Source of the DNA: Trichormus sp. ATA11-4-KO1
GTDB taxonomy: Bacteria; Cyanobacteriota; Cyanobacteriia; Cyanobacteriales; Nostocaceae
DNA: 64,000 nucleotides
Direction: 5' to 3'
Assembly: GCA_019358915.1 (NCBI GenBank)
Contig: JAHHIM010000011.1
Span: forward strand, 68,802 to 132,801
Shown here: one piece after another, positions 50,518-62,251 of the stretch
How positions within the stretch are numbered: the stretch's first letter is position 1
Layout of the letters: the number at the start of each line of letters is the position of its first letter
The notes under the pieces: model-generated
Told to the model about the DNA's origin: nothing
Database searches by the model: none
The model's input: the letters and a program-made list of their open reading frames with translations, nothing else
Position numbers and translations under genes: made by a program

Positions 50518-51027
50518 ACTTCACCTTTAATTCGGATTTTGCAACGAAATTATATGCTATCAGACACTGGATATATGGGCGATGAAAGCCGCCGCTCAGA
50601 TTTTTCCATTTTTTCTCTACAGTTTAGTTGTAGCGAGGCTAACCTGATTTCAAAAACTGCTTCCTGTAAAGCTCTGCGGGCATAGCTGCGCTTTAGAGTC
50701 CGTGCTAAGTGCTGAGTAGGAATACTAGTCTCTAGCTCCTAGCTCTAGCTTCTTTTTTATTCATTATTTAGTGTACGCAGTTCATGACGGCTACTTAATT
50801 GACTAACTACAACTAGAGAAGGCGACCACATCATAAACTTTAAGATTTTAGATGAAACCGCTGCTATAGCTTACAAGATGCTACCTATAATTACCTACAC
50901 CTGCCCGCTTAATACAGGGTGTAGCTAAATTTTTCGGAAAATCAGCGCCGCTCGCTAGTTTTTTGATTTTTTGGCGCTTTCAAGGAAGACGCTTAATCGC
51001 CATCGCACGCGATTAACCGCCTAGCTC

Positions 51028-51411
51028 CTATTTTTTCGCTTCTTTCGGGCGCTTGGTTCCATACTTGGAACGACCCTGCTTGCGGTCTTTGACTCCGGCG
51101 GTATCCAAGGTGCCACGAATGATGTGGTACCTCACACCTGGTAGGTCTTTTACCCGACCACCACGAATCATCACAACTGAGTGTTCTTGCAAATTGTGGC
51201 CAATCCCCGGAATGTAGGCTGTAACTTCAAATCCAGAGGTCAGCCTGACTCTTGCTACTTTACGTAGAGCTGAGTTAGGCTTCTTAGGCGTGGTTGTGTA
51301 TACTCTGGTACAAACACCCCGACGTTGTGGGCATTGCTTCAGAGCTGGGGACTTAGTTTTCTGACGCGCTTTTTCGCGTTCATTACGTATGAGTTGCTGT
51401 ATTGTTGGCAT
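51028..51411 (-). CDS. rpsL: 30S ribosomal protein S12
   Basis: [22 protein letters not shown]. Confidence 0.99.
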   Translation of the reverse strand: MPTIQQLIRNEREKARQKTKSPALKQCPQRRGVCTRVYTTTPKKPNSALRKVARVRLTSGFEVTAYIPGIGHNLQEHSVVMIRGGRVKDLPGVRYHIIRGTLDTAGVKDRKQGRSKYGTKRPKEAKK

Positions 51412-51511
51412 GAGTCACAGCGCGTGAAGCTGCTTAGTGTTCTAACTTTTAACAAATCCTGATTATAGCTTTTTTTTTACTTTCATGTCAAATTGATCAT
51501 AATTTTTTTAG

Positions 51512-51850
51512 TTAAATAGAAGTTGGCGTAGTTGTGGAGAAAGAATTTCCACAGCCACAGGAGGCGATCGCCTGAGGGTTATGGAAGCGAAAACCACCGC
51601 CCATCATATCTTCTGAATAATCCAAAGCTAAACCATTAATATAATTTAAGCTAGCGGTATCTATGAGAACTTTGATCCCGTTGACATCAAAAATGTGATC
51701 GCCTGCTTTTACAGTTTCATCAAAGGACATATCGTAAAACCAACCAGAGCAGCCACCTAGCTTAACTGCTAATCTCAACAATGCGTTTGGCTGCTGTTTT
51801 AACTGTAATCGGACAATTTCACTTACGGCTGCTTGACTCACATGAATCAT
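51512..51850 (-). CDS. IscA/HesB family A-type Fe-S carrier
   Basis: GGCSG and CGCGNSF; ATG at 51850. Confidence 0.9.
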   Translation of the reverse strand: MIHVSQAAVSEIVRLQLKQQPNALLRLAVKLGGCSGWFYDMSFDETVKAGDHIFDVNGIKVLIDTASLNYINGLALDYSEDMMGGGFRFHNPQAIASCGCGNSFSTTTPTSI

Positions 51851-52172
51851 GGAATTACTTTTGGCAATCAAAAACCCATCATTCTTAAGTATTACAGATG
51901 GATGGACGACAAAACTCACATGTCAAAACATAAAATTCTTTTTTTAAATTTTCTCTGAACTAGATGCAAGTCTGTGGTTGACTCGGCAGCCTTAATTTGG
52001 TCTGTTTATTGGCAGACAATTTATTATCACCTCATGGCATCACTTTCACGAGTTAGTCCCCACCTAATTTAGGTAGGGACTTCCAGCCCGCAGTGGTTAC
52101 TTCAGACGGTTTGTACAGATAGTTAGTGTGTTAGTTCTCAATAGCTACAGCCCCATTTACTTTATTTCGGGT

Positions 52173-52613
52173 TTAATTTTTGGTACGAGCATAGTCATCT
52201 TGGTAGCGAATAATATCATCTTCACCTAAGTATTCACCATTTTGCACTTCAATTAAGACTAAGGGAATCACACCAGGATTCTCTAGACGATGGGCTGTAC
52301 ATTGTGGGACATAAGTTGACTCATTGTTGCTCAGCAGCACTTCTTGCTCCCCACAAACGACCCTAGCTGTACCGGAAACAACAATCCAATGTTCGCTGCG
52401 GTGGTGGTGCATTTGTAGACTGAGGCGGTGTCCGGGTTTCACTTCAATGCGCTTGATTTTGTATCCGCGTCCTTCTTCCAAAACTGTAAAAGAACCCCAA
52501 GGACGCAGCTCTGTTGCAGCAACCCCACGGTTAGTGATGGCAACGGGTAGGGGCAGAGTGTTAGTTTGTGTGTTTTCTTGATATTGAGCCATAGTTACCT
52601 CATTTGGAGACAT
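52173..52613 (-). CDS. Stand-alone type II mannose-6-phosphate isomerase C-terminal (cupin) domain protein
   Basis: RPWGSF, LSLQMHHHRSEHW, EVQNGEYLGEDDI; start may be 52592. Confidence 0.88.
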   Translation of the reverse strand: MSPNEVTMAQYQENTQTNTLPLPVAITNRGVAATELRPWGSFTVLEEGRGYKIKRIEVKPGHRLSLQMHHHRSEHWIVVSGTARVVCGEQEVLLSNNESTYVPQCTAHRLENPGVIPLVLIEVQNGEYLGEDDIIRYQDDYARTKN

Positions 52614-52893
52614 AACAAACCGTCATTACTCTTAACCATTGATGGGACAATCTGGCGCAATCTTGCAACCGTAAAAATCATCAATTTTGTTGCACCTTGC
52701 TAAACATAGCAAAATCAAACTTAAGGGTGTAAAGAATTACTGCTAAAACTGTGAGTCTACACCAATTCTTCATCCAGCAAAATGGCGGCTTATCCTAAAC
52801 TTTAAAAAGATTTGCAGTATGAGGCATGGGGAAAAAGAGGCAAAAGGAAAAGAACTTAATATTTAGTCATCTACTCCCAATTCCCCATCACCT

Positions 52894-54876
52894 TTATTGC
52901 AGGAAAATTCCGATGCCGTTATGAACACGAGCAGCAGTATTGGGAGAACGGTCGAGAAGTTGCCCTCCTAAGTAAAGACCTGTTGAACTACCACCATCCA
53001 AATTTAGGGCATTTACACAGCCGAGACGCTTCATTAATTGGGCATGTTCTGCTAAGGTTGGGCCTAGCCCGCCAGCACGATTATGCACAGCAGCGATCAT
53101 TAGAGAGCCATTTGCTGTGGTACAAATGCCGCTACGAATAGCTTTTTGTGTAATAAAAGCCTTACTGAATTTTTCACGTTCAGCATCCAGAACAATTTGA
53201 TTGTTTTGCACTAACAGTGGCCCAGCGCCCATGATGTGGGGATAACGGTTAAAATCAGCCGGGGTAGCGTTGCTGGTAATGCTGACTGCTGTACCAATCG
53301 GCAATTGTGATGCAGCATTGGTAGCGTTAGCACGTAGGGTTAATAAATAGCCATCTTGAGGAATGGAAATGGCAGTCTCACCAGCTTTACCTCCTGGTAA
53401 TTGATTAGTAACTTGATTTTTCTGGACAACAACGATGATTTCGTTGTCTGTTAGGGGGGTGTAGCTAGTTCCCCAACTAGGGGTGTAACGAGCAATACCA
53501 CTTTGAACATAACCACTATTAAGAAAGAGAATTGGTAATCTCTGGTTATTGGGAGCAGTTAATGTTTCTGCTAAAGTGAGACGGCCTAAGTAAAATTCTC
53601 CTGAATTATTCCAGGCGATCGCTCCTCGGTTGAGAATTGGGCCTGATAGCCACTGGTTATCCCGACGCATGGCGCCCAAAGGTAATTTGTTATTACGATT
53701 GAAATAACCAGCGTTAATTGCTGCTACTGCTAAGTAGCGTTGCGCTATTTGAATTAAAGGAGCCGTACCTGTCAGGGTGTTAGGGTCTGTCCAAATAGGT
53801 TTTAAAGTTAACCCAGCTTGACGGGGATTAATATCTAACCAAACTACAGGAAAGCGTTCTGTACCTAAATTGACAAACTGCTGTCGCCACCGCAATCCTG
53901 GCGCCCAACTAATATCCCGTTGTCCCATGGCATCGGGGCGCAGGTCAATTACCAGGCGATTGGGGTTAGGTAAGGTGCTGATCTGGGGAGACAGATTTAA
54001 GGGAACGCTAAGACTAATAATTGTACGGTTGTTGACCACCTCCAACTGTCTAATTAGTTGTTCCGTAGTTGGTTGGGTGGGTAATTGTTTGAGCAGATTT
54101 GGCAGTGAAGGTGGTGGCGCATAACGTTGGATTACAGCAGGATCGGCTATTCCATCCAAAGTAACTATCCACTCTCTGTTTGTAGGTTTAGCGGGTGTAT
54201 CAGAGTCCGTAGGTATAGCTATCGGTAGCCCTTGTGAGATTTGCCAAGGTGCTGGTTGGTCTAAATCTAAAACGATACGAGCTGACTGCAAAGCATGACC
54301 TGTAGAGGATAGTTGCTGACTCTGGCGAATATTCTTTACTTGCGCTTTTGGGGTGGCAATCACTAAGGTATTGCCATTAGCTTGCATCTGCCAACCTATT
54401 GTTTGAGCAAAATTAGTAATATCCAAGTAACGATACCCGCCTTGCAGCCGCGTGGCTAAAACTAGTGGCTGGTTAGTTGCTGAAAACCACTCTACTGGTT
54501 GTCTAGCTGGATTGTTGCTACTTAAAAAATCTACTCCTATAAATTGCCGGAATGCCCCGTCACTGAGATGAGTTGTTACCTGATTTGCTGTTCCAGGTTG
54601 CTGCAACCAAGCTCCTGGCAAGATACGACCGTTGAGGGAAATTTGGTTACCAGAAGCTAATACCCCTGCTTGAGCAGGTATTGGAGACTGAGAAATCAAC
54701 TCTGGTATTGCTGTGGCATTTATTGGGGGCTGTTGAGCACTAGTTACCCAGGTAGTAAATAAGCACAGTGTAATCACCATAATTGTGGGCACTGTAGCCC
54801 GGAACCACTTTTGCTGCTTTTGTTTGGCAACAGAACTGTAGTATGTTTTGCGACTGCGATTCGGCATTTTTACCAT
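52894..54876 (-). CDS. Exported phosphodiester glycosidase (NAGPA-like) family protein
   Basis: AINAGYF, GAGPLLV, ALNLDGGSS; N-terminal signal-like segment. Confidence 0.82.
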   Translation of the reverse strand: MVKMPNRSRKTYYSSVAKQKQQKWFRATVPTIMVITLCLFTTWVTSAQQPPINATAIPELISQSPIPAQAGVLASGNQISLNGRILPGAWLQQPGTANQVTTHLSDGAFRQFIGVDFLSSNNPARQPVEWFSATNQPLVLATRLQGGYRYLDITNFAQTIGWQMQANGNTLVIATPKAQVKNIRQSQQLSSTGHALQSARIVLDLDQPAPWQISQGLPIAIPTDSDTPAKPTNREWIVTLDGIADPAVIQRYAPPPSLPNLLKQLPTQPTTEQLIRQLEVVNNRTIISLSVPLNLSPQISTLPNPNRLVIDLRPDAMGQRDISWAPGLRWRQQFVNLGTERFPVVWLDINPRQAGLTLKPIWTDPNTLTGTAPLIQIAQRYLAVAAINAGYFNRNNKLPLGAMRRDNQWLSGPILNRGAIAWNNSGEFYLGRLTLAETLTAPNNQRLPILFLNSGYVQSGIARYTPSWGTSYTPLTDNEIIVVVQKNQVTNQLPGGKAGETAISIPQDGYLLTLRANATNAASQLPIGTAVSITSNATPADFNRYPHIMGAGPLLVQNNQIVLDAEREKFSKAFITQKAIRSGICTTANGSLMIAAVHNRAGGLGPTLAEHAQLMKRLGCVNALNLDGGSSTGLYLGGQLLDRSPNTAARVHNGIGIFLQ

Positions 54877-55634
54877 AATTTCCTAGGTACTTTTGAAAGC
54901 TATCACTCAAGAAGCTGACTCACTAATTGTGGGGAAATGTTAAAAAATAGTGATTTAACTTTTGAAAAAACATGATATTGTATATATTGGCTTTCTATCT
55001 CTTGTAAAATCCAAGAATAACTCTGTTGCTAAAATCACTGTCACGAACTGTTTTAACTAGCACTAGTTTCAACTAGAATATGCACGGTAGTTTTAGTGAG
55101 CAGAAATGGCTGAAAATATATCATCTTGACTTAATGTTTGTTACTGTTGCTCCTGAAGTGAGTTCAGCTAGTAATAACACTGGTATCAACAGCTAATCAG
55201 CAAAAATATCAACAACAAAGTTATTTAGGAATTGTCAAATGGTCATATAGTGTAATACGCTGATTTTGTTGTTGAATCAGAATTATTTCGACTGTCAAAA
55301 TAGTAAAACGTTGGGTTCAAGTTGTGTCGTAGGTTAAGCGAAATATGCTCTACCTGAAAACTAGTTGTCATCTGGCAGGAATTGAGTAAAAGCATAGCTT
55401 CAAAACGTAAATAAAAAGCTGTCAGGGCAAAAGTAGTTTGTCTAACTCAGCATAAACACATAATCAAAAAAAATAACGCGACTATTTTAACACGGGCAAA
55501 GATTAAAAAAAACCGAAGTTAAAATTTTTTTTCCCTAAATTTCGGTGATTTATCTATTTCTCAAGGGCGAAAATTAGCAAGTTTTTATCACAAATACTGG
55601 CAAAATTTGTGACTCTACATCTCAGGAACAGGCT

Positions 55635-58600
55635 ATGAAAGATAAAGCGATGCATCAAATACAAACAATGAATTTTTCGGAGATTGAATCTCAAGATAAC
55701 TATCAGGGACAAAGGTGGTTAGTAGAGGAGCGAGATGCCTGTGGTGTAGGTTTTATTGCTCATCGCCAGAATCATGCCAGCCATGAAATCGTGGAAAAAG
55801 CTTTAGCAGCTTTAACTTGCTTAGAACACCGGGGTGGTTGTAGTGCTGACCAAGACTCTGGTGATGGAGCAGGAATATTGACAGCTATCCCTTGGGAGTT
55901 GTTCCAAAAAGACTCTTCCTCAGAAAATTTAGCGGTAGGAATGATATTTTTACCGCAAAATCGTGTAATAGCAGCACAAGCTAAGGCAACAGTTGAGAAA
56001 ATAGCTGCCGAAGAAAAATTGACGGTACTGGGTTGGCGAGTAGTACCAGTACAACCTCATCTGCTGGGGGTACAAGCAAGAGAAAATCAACCCCAAATTG
56101 AACAAGTTTTTCTCGCATCAGCTGATAAAAGCGGTGATGAACTAGAAAGGGAACTTTATATTACCCGCAGAAGAATTTTCAAAGCTACCAAAAATCTTTC
56201 CGAAGAATTTTATGTTTGCTCCTTATCCAGCCGCACAATTGTTTATAAGGGGATGGTGCGCTCTGCTGTATTGGGAGACTTTTATCTCGATTTAAAAAAC
56301 CCGGCTTACAAAAGTGCTTTTGCTGTCTATCACCGCCGCTTTAGTACTAACACCATGCCTAAGTGGCCTTTAGCTCAACCAATGCGGCTATTGGGGCATA
56401 ATGGTGAAATTAATACTTTATTGGGTAATATCAACTGGATGATGGCACGAGAAGCCAGTCTAAATCATCCAGTATGGGGCGATCGCTCGGATGAATTCAA
56501 GCCATTAGTCCACATTGACAATAGCGACTCCGCTACGTTAGATAACGTACTGGAATTATTAGTGCGTTCTGGACGCAGCCCTTTGGAAGCCTTAATGATT
56601 ATGGTTCCAGAGGCTTACCAAAATCAACCATCTTTGCGTAATTATCCAGAAATTGTTGATTTTTACGAATATTACAGTGGTCTGCAAGAAGCCTGGGATG
56701 GGCCAGCACTTTTAGTATTTAGCGATGGGCAAAAAGTCGGCGCAACATTAGACCGTAACGGCTTAAGACCAGCACGTTACGTCATCACTAAAGATGATTA
56801 TATTGTTGTCGCTTCCGAAGCTGGTGTCGTGGAAATCCCAGAAGCCAACATTATAGAAAAAGGCAGACTTGGCCCAGGACAAATGATTGCTGTGGATTTA
56901 GTCAATCATGAAGTACTGAAGAATTGGGAAATTAAACAGCGTATCGCCAAGCAGCATCCTTATGGAGCATGGTTAAAACAATACCGTCAAGAATTGCCAA
57001 ACCTGGTTAGTAGTCAGTCTTCATCGGTGAATGGCAATGGTAAGGGTCATTTAACAACTAACAAGATTGACAAACAAACCTTACTGCGTCATCAACTTGC
57101 CTTTGGCTACACCACAGAAGATGTAGAAATGGTGATTCAACCCATGGCAATTGACGGTAAAGAGCCAACTTTCTGCATGGGAGATGATATTCCTTTAGCA
57201 GTGCTGTCAGCAAAACCCCACCTTTTGTACGACTATTTCAAACAGCGCTTCGCACAAGTGACGAACCCAGCGATTGACCCCTTACGGGAAAAGCTAGTCA
57301 TGTCCTTGAACGTCGAATTGGGTGAACGGGGTAACTTATTAGAAGTCAAACCAGAACACGCCCGCAAACTGAAACTAGAATCGCCAGTATTGATGGAAGC
57401 AGAACTGGAGGCGATGAAGCTATCAGGATTTGCGACAGCCCAGTTGTCAACTTTATTTGCCATTGCCAACAGACCAGAAGGATTACAAGCCGCAGTGCGA
57501 TCTTTACAAGCACAAGCAGCTGAGTCTGTCAAAGCAGGTGCGAAGATTTTGATTTTGAGTGATCAAATCTCTCCCACTGGTGTTAACCAAACTGGATACG
57601 GCAGTATCAGTACAGAATACACTTACATTCCTCCCTTATTAGCTGCGGGTGCAGTACATCATCATCTGATTCGCCAAGGGTTGCGAACAAAAACATCGCT
57701 GGTGGTGAATACAGCTCAGTGCTGGAGTACCCATCACTTTGCATGTCTGATAGGCTACGGTGTAGATGCGGTTTGTCCTTATACAGCGTTGGACACTGTG
57801 CGCGACTGGTGGTTTGAACCCAAAACGCAACAGTTTATGGAGCGAGGGAAAATCAATACCCTGACTTTAGACCAAGCTTTAGGCAATTATCGCCAAGCAG
57901 TAGAGTCGGGTTTACTAAAAATTCTCTCTAAGATGGGAATTTCTTTACTTTCCAGTTATCAAGCCGCCCAAATTTTTGAAGCCATTGGCATTGGTGGCGA
58001 CTTATTAGAATTGGGATTCCGAGGAACAACCTCCCGGATTGGTGGGTTGAGTGTAAGTGAACTAGCACAAGAGGTGCTTTCCTTCCACAGTAAGGCTTTC
58101 CCGGAACTGACTGCCAAGAAGCTAGAAAACTTGGGGTTTGTCAATTACCGTCCAGGCGGCGAGTACCACATGAACAACCCTGAGCTAGCCAAGGCCTTGC
58201 ATAAGGCAGTGGATGGCAAGCAATATGACCACTATGAAGTTTACAAACAATATTTGCAAGGAAGACCAGTTACCGCCTTACGTGACTTGTTAGACTTTCA
58301 AAGCGATCGCTCACCCATTCCATTAGCAGAAGTAGAATCAGTCAGTGAAATTTTAAAACGCTTCTGTACAGGTGGCATGTCTTTAGGCGCATTGTCACGG
58401 GAAGCTCATGAAACTTTAGCGATCGCCATGAATCGCATTGGTGGTAAATCTAACTCTGGGGAAGGCGGCGAAGATCCAGTTCGTTACAAAGTCCTCAATG
58501 ATGTAGACGCATCGGGGAAATCACTTACTCTCCCTCATTTACATGGACTGCAAAATGGTGATACTGCTTCTAGTGCCATCAAGCAAGTCGCATCAGGACG

Positions 58601-60311
58601 CTTTGGGGTGACACCAGCATATCTCAGCAGCGCCAGACAAATTGAAATCAAAATTGCCCAAGGTGCAAAACCAGGGGAAGGTGGACAATTACCAGGAGCA
58701 AAAGTCAGTCCTTACATTGCCATGTTAAGGCGCTCTAAGCCTGGTGTAACATTGATTTCACCGCCACCGCACCATGATATTTATTCCATTGAAGATTTGG
58801 CACAGTTGATTTTTGATCTGCACCAAATTAATCCCAAAGCGCAGGTATCAGTCAAACTAGTGGCGGAAATTGGTATTGGTACCATTGCTGCTGGTGTAGC
58901 CAAAGCCAACGCTGATATCATTCAAGTCTCTGGTCATGATGGGGGTACAGGGGCATCGCCACTGAGTTCAATTAAACATGCTGGTTCACCGTGGGAACTA
59001 GGTTTAAGTGAAGTACATCGTGTCCTCATGGCAAACAGCCTACGCGATCGCGTGATTTTGCGTGTAGACGGTGGACTCAAAAGTGGTTGGGACGTGGTAA
59101 TAGGTGCATTAATGGGTGGCGAAGAATTTGGTTTTGGTTCCATTGCCATGATTGCCGAAGGTTGTATCATGGCGCGGATTTGCCATACGAATAATTGCCC
59201 AGTAGGTGTTGCATCTCAGAAGGAAGAACTACGGAAGCGGTTTTCCGGAATGCCAGAACACGTTGTTAACTTTTTCTACTTTATTGCGGAAGAAGTGCGA
59301 CATCTGCTAGCACGACTTGGCTATCGTTCTTTGTTAGACATCGTGGGACGTGCGGATTTGTTGAAAACACGGGACGATGTGAAAGTCACCAAAACCCAAG
59401 CACTCAACCTTAACTGCTTACTCCAGCTACCAGATACCAAAAATGACCGTAGCTGGTTAGTACACGAAGAAGTCCACAGCAATGGTGTGGTAGTAGATGA
59501 CCAATTGCTTGCCGATCCCGAAATTCAAGCAGCTATTAACAACCAATCAACAGTCACCAAAACCTTACGGATAGTCAACACCGACAGAACAGTCGGCGCA
59601 AGATTAGCCGGGGCGATCGCTTCCCAGTATGGTGATAGTGGCTTTGAAGGACAAATTAATCTCAACTTCCAAGGTAGTGTGGGTCAAAGCTTCGGTGCTT
59701 TCAACCTCCCAGGCATAATTTTGAGACTCGCAGGCGAAGCCAACGACTATGTAGGTAAGGGGATGCACGGCGGTGAAATCATCATCAAACCCCCAGCTGA
59801 TGCTACCTATGACCCAGCACAAAACGTGATAGTTGGCAATACCTGCCTCTACGGTGCTACTGGTGGAGTATTATTTGCCAACGGCTTAGCGGGGGAACGC
59901 TTCGCTGTGCGGAACTCCAAAGGCGTAGCCGTGATTGAAGGCGCCGGGGATCACTGCTGCGAATACATGACTGGTGGTGTGATTGTTGTCCTCGGCAAAG
60001 TAGGACGCAATGTCGGCGCTGGGATGACAGGTGGACTGGCATACTTCTTAGATGAAGACAACTCTTTCCCGGAATTAGTCAATCCCGAAATTGTCAAAAT
60101 CCAGCGAGTGATAACAGAAGCGGGTGCAAAACAACTGCAAGAATTAATTAGAAATCATAGCGATCGCACTGGTTCACCAAAAGCGAAAATGATTCTGCAA
60201 AATTGGCAAGAATATTTGCCTAAGTTCTGGCAATTAGTACCACCTTCTGAAGCTGATAGCCCAGAAGCCAATCCTCAAGCTGTTTTAGAGAAACAGTTGA
60301 GTTCCGTTTAG
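55635..60311 (+). CDS. glsF: Ferredoxin-dependent glutamate synthase
   Basis: [42 protein letters not shown] 3Fe-4S motif; no small-subunit gene follows. Confidence 0.93.
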   Translation: MKDKAMHQIQTMNFSEIESQDNYQGQRWLVEERDACGVGFIAHRQNHASHEIVEKALAALTCLEHRGGCSADQDSGDGAGILTAIPWELFQKDSSSENLAVGMIFLPQNRVIAAQAKATVEKIAAEEKLTVLGWRVVPVQPHLLGVQARENQPQIEQVFLASADKSGDELERELYITRRRIFKATKNLSEEFYVCSLSSRTIVYKGMVRSAVLGDFYLDLKNPAYKSAFAVYHRRFSTNTMPKWPLAQPMRLLGHNGEINTLLGNINWMMAREASLNHPVWGDRSDEFKPLVHIDNSDSATLDNVLELLVRSGRSPLEALMIMVPEAYQNQPSLRNYPEIVDFYEYYSGLQEAWDGPALLVFSDGQKVGATLDRNGLRPARYVITKDDYIVVASEAGVVEIPEANIIEKGRLGPGQMIAVDLVNHEVLKNWEIKQRIAKQHPYGAWLKQYRQELPNLVSSQSSSVNGNGKGHLTTNKIDKQTLLRHQLAFGYTTEDVEMVIQPMAIDGKEPTFCMGDDIPLAVLSAKPHLLYDYFKQRFAQVTNPAIDPLREKLVMSLNVELGERGNLLEVKPEHARKLKLESPVLMEAELEAMKLSGFATAQLSTLFAIANRPEGLQAAVRSLQAQAAESVKAGAKILILSDQISPTGVNQTGYGSISTEYTYIPPLLAAGAVHHHLIRQGLRTKTSLVVNTAQCWSTHHFACLIGYGVDAVCPYTALDTVRDWWFEPKTQQFMERGKINTLTLDQALGNYRQAVESGLLKILSKMGISLLSSYQAAQIFEAIGIGGDLLELGFRGTTSRIGGLSVSELAQEVLSFHSKAFPELTAKKLENLGFVNYRPGGEYHMNNPELAKALHKAVDGKQYDHYEVYKQYLQGRPVTALRDLLDFQSDRSPIPLAEVESVSEILKRFCTGGMSLGALSREAHETLAIAMNRIGGKSNSGEGGEDPVRYKVLNDVDASGKSLTLPHLHGLQNGDTASSAIKQVASGRFGVTPAYLSSARQIEIKIAQGAKPGEGGQLPGAKVSPYIAMLRRSKPGVTLISPPPHHDIYSIEDLAQLIFDLHQINPKAQVSVKLVAEIGIGTIAAGVAKANADIIQVSGHDGGTGASPLSSIKHAGSPWELGLSEVHRVLMANSLRDRVILRVDGGLKSGWDVVIGALMGGEEFGFGSIAMIAEGCIMARICHTNNCPVGVASQKEELRKRFSGMPEHVVNFFYFIAEEVRHLLARLGYRSLLDIVGRADLLKTRDDVKVTKTQALNLNCLLQLPDTKNDRSWLVHEEVHSNGVVVDDQLLADPEIQAAINNQSTVTKTLRIVNTDRTVGARLAGAIASQYGDSGFEGQINLNFQGSVGQSFGAFNLPGIILRLAGEANDYVGKGMHGGEIIIKPPADATYDPAQNVIVGNTCLYGATGGVLFANGLAGERFAVRNSKGVAVIEGAGDHCCEYMTGGVIVVLGKVGRNVGAGMTGGLAYFLDEDNSFPELVNPEIVKIQRVITEAGAKQLQELIRNHSDRTGSPKAKMILQNWQEYLPKFWQLVPPSEADSPEANPQAVLEKQLSSV

Positions 60312-60337
60312 ATAGCTGTCTTCAATTAAAAAACAAG

Positions 60338-60365
60338 ATCCCTGATTTTTATAAAAGTCAGGGAT
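60338..60365 (+). terminator. Hairpin after glsF
   Basis: atccctgatttt...aaaagtcagggat. Confidence 0.65.
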
Positions 60366-60451
60366 TTGAATTTTAGCCGCTAATCTCTCTGCTTTTTCCA
60401 GAAAAATTCTTTGGATCTTCATAGAGTCCAAGAAATCTCTCTCCATTAAAA

Positions 60452-61373
60452 CCCACATTCCGCACCCTTGACTGTCACAATCGGTTATTACGGAAGTAAA
60501 TTCATAAAAAAAGAGTAAAAAATTACATTTATCTCTAAAAAAACACATTTTGAATAGGAAAATTTATTAGATGTATTCTCAATAAGGAGCAATAAATAAT
60601 AAGGGTGTTTGGTAGAACATTTAATAATATAATTTTAGTTTAAATTATTAATACATCATTGTAACTTATGCTTGTCTGAAAATAAAGTTAAAAATGCCAT
60701 GAAAACTTCAGAGCATTAATTTGATTAATGAGTCAAATTTGATAATTCAAATATTAATAATATTGATAAATCAACTTATATATCTGTAGTAATTGCGGCA
60801 AGCTTCTGGAAGGAATAGAAGAATGTACTTCATTTCAGATGTCAAATTATAAAATTCTCTTTTTTGTTGAAAATTAACAAGATAAACTGATTGAAAATAT
60901 TGAAATATCCATCGCATGGTTGGATTGTTTATGGCTTTACTTGCTGAGATTTGATAATATTTCGACTGATTCTCTTCTTTGATATCAGGATTTTTTTCTA
61001 TAATTTCGATATTTTCTACCTGATGATATTTAAATTCTTTACTTATTTTGGTTAATTCTTTTCTAGCATCAGCAGCACAAGCAAATTTTTCTTGTGCTAG
61101 TTTTTTTAACTTACTTTGAGTATTAGTCAAAGCTTTTTCTATTTTCTTCGATAATTTCTTCAAGTCAGATTTTTTCTATCTTGACTTTGTACAACTAACC
61201 ATCTTTGTTCTATATCTCCATAAGTTATTTTCTTCTCGGCATAAGAATATCCTGATTTTTCACTTTTAACAAATTCCGATTCTGCTAAACTCATCACTAA
61301 GTTTTTTGCTGATTTTATCGTTAATGGTACTCTGGTCAACCATTTCATACTCGACATTAATTTGATATTTGAT
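60452..61373 (-). mobile_element. Decayed IS1634-like element (3' part)
   Basis: Fragments KWLTRVP...EQRWLVVQS and FACAADA...PTMRWIFQYF are split by a frameshift near 61160 with an apparent internal deletion; the putative end cccacattccgca at 60452 is recalled, not verified. Confidence 0.7.
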
Positions 61374-62251
61374 CATTCGTGAGAGGTTAAGGTAATTGCA
61401 CATTTGTCAAGAGGGTGCAGGACAAGGGGATAAATCCAGCTTGGAGACTGGCTTTCGCAGGGCTTTGACAATTCCTAAATCTTGATTTTCAGGAGCAGCA
61501 AAGTACTTAATAGGGTCATCCGCCTTCCCTTTGTCATAAGCGACACTAAAATGATACAAACCACGAAAGATCATCTCTAAAGAAATGCGGTCAAATGGTA
61601 GAGATAACTCATCAGCAACAGCATCTGCCAAATCAATTAAAACAGCATAAAATAACCAAGTAGCCCAGACTTGTAACTTGACACCATTAATAGAACCAGT
61701 CCACAAATAAGATAAACCTAATAAACGTTTAACCGTGTAAAAAGCCTCTTAAATTCTCCATCTTCGACGGTATAAGTCTGCGACTACATAGGGAGGTAAA
61801 ACTTGTGGGTCAAGGACAGAAGTAATATAAGAATAATTAGTCTTACCCACCTTGATTTCGATTAAACGTAAAGTCAGAACTGGCGCGCCACGACGAACAG
61901 TACCAAGTTGAATTAATCGGTCTTTAATAGAATAGTCATACTGAAGATTTTGAGATATTTAATAGAGGCTTTGGCTTTTAAGCGAGTGATAAAATGAACA
62001 TCTTGATTAATTAATTGTTGCCAGAATTGGAAATGATAAAAACCTCTATCAAGTAAAATGAGAGTTTTGGCTTTTAATAAATTCAGTAATGGAACCTCAA
62101 AGTTTGTTTCTGATGCAGCGGGATTAGTGTGAAACCAAACTTCTACTGGTAAACGAGTAACCAAATCAATAACTGTACATATTTTCCCGGCTAACTGACC
62201 TGTTTTCAAGTCTTCCAGGCTTTTGAGCTTGCGAAATAATGCTTCTAGAGT
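61374..62251 (-). mobile_element. Truncated IS4-family copy (pseudogene)
   Basis: Starts with TIR cattcgtgagaggttaag; closely matches 62252-63130; nonsense codon near 61750 and 1-nt deletion near 61940; 5' half missing. Confidence 0.88.

Noticed and set aside
50772..50790. cgcagttcatg, resembling the start of a Cas12k tracrRNA
   Set aside because: Very short match, no further similarity, and no CAST genes nearby
52144..52155. Minus-strand GGGGCTGTAGCT resembling a tRNA-Ala or tmRNA 5' end
   Set aside because: No D-arm, anticodon arm, T-loop or complementary acceptor strand follows
54877..55634. Long AT-rich intergenic region before glsF
   Set aside because: No convincing ORF, repeat, hairpin or NtcA box seen; consistent with divergent promoters
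60285..60548. 87-aa minus-strand ORF
   Set aside because: Spans the putative IS end and the terminator and overlaps the glsF stop; likely spurious
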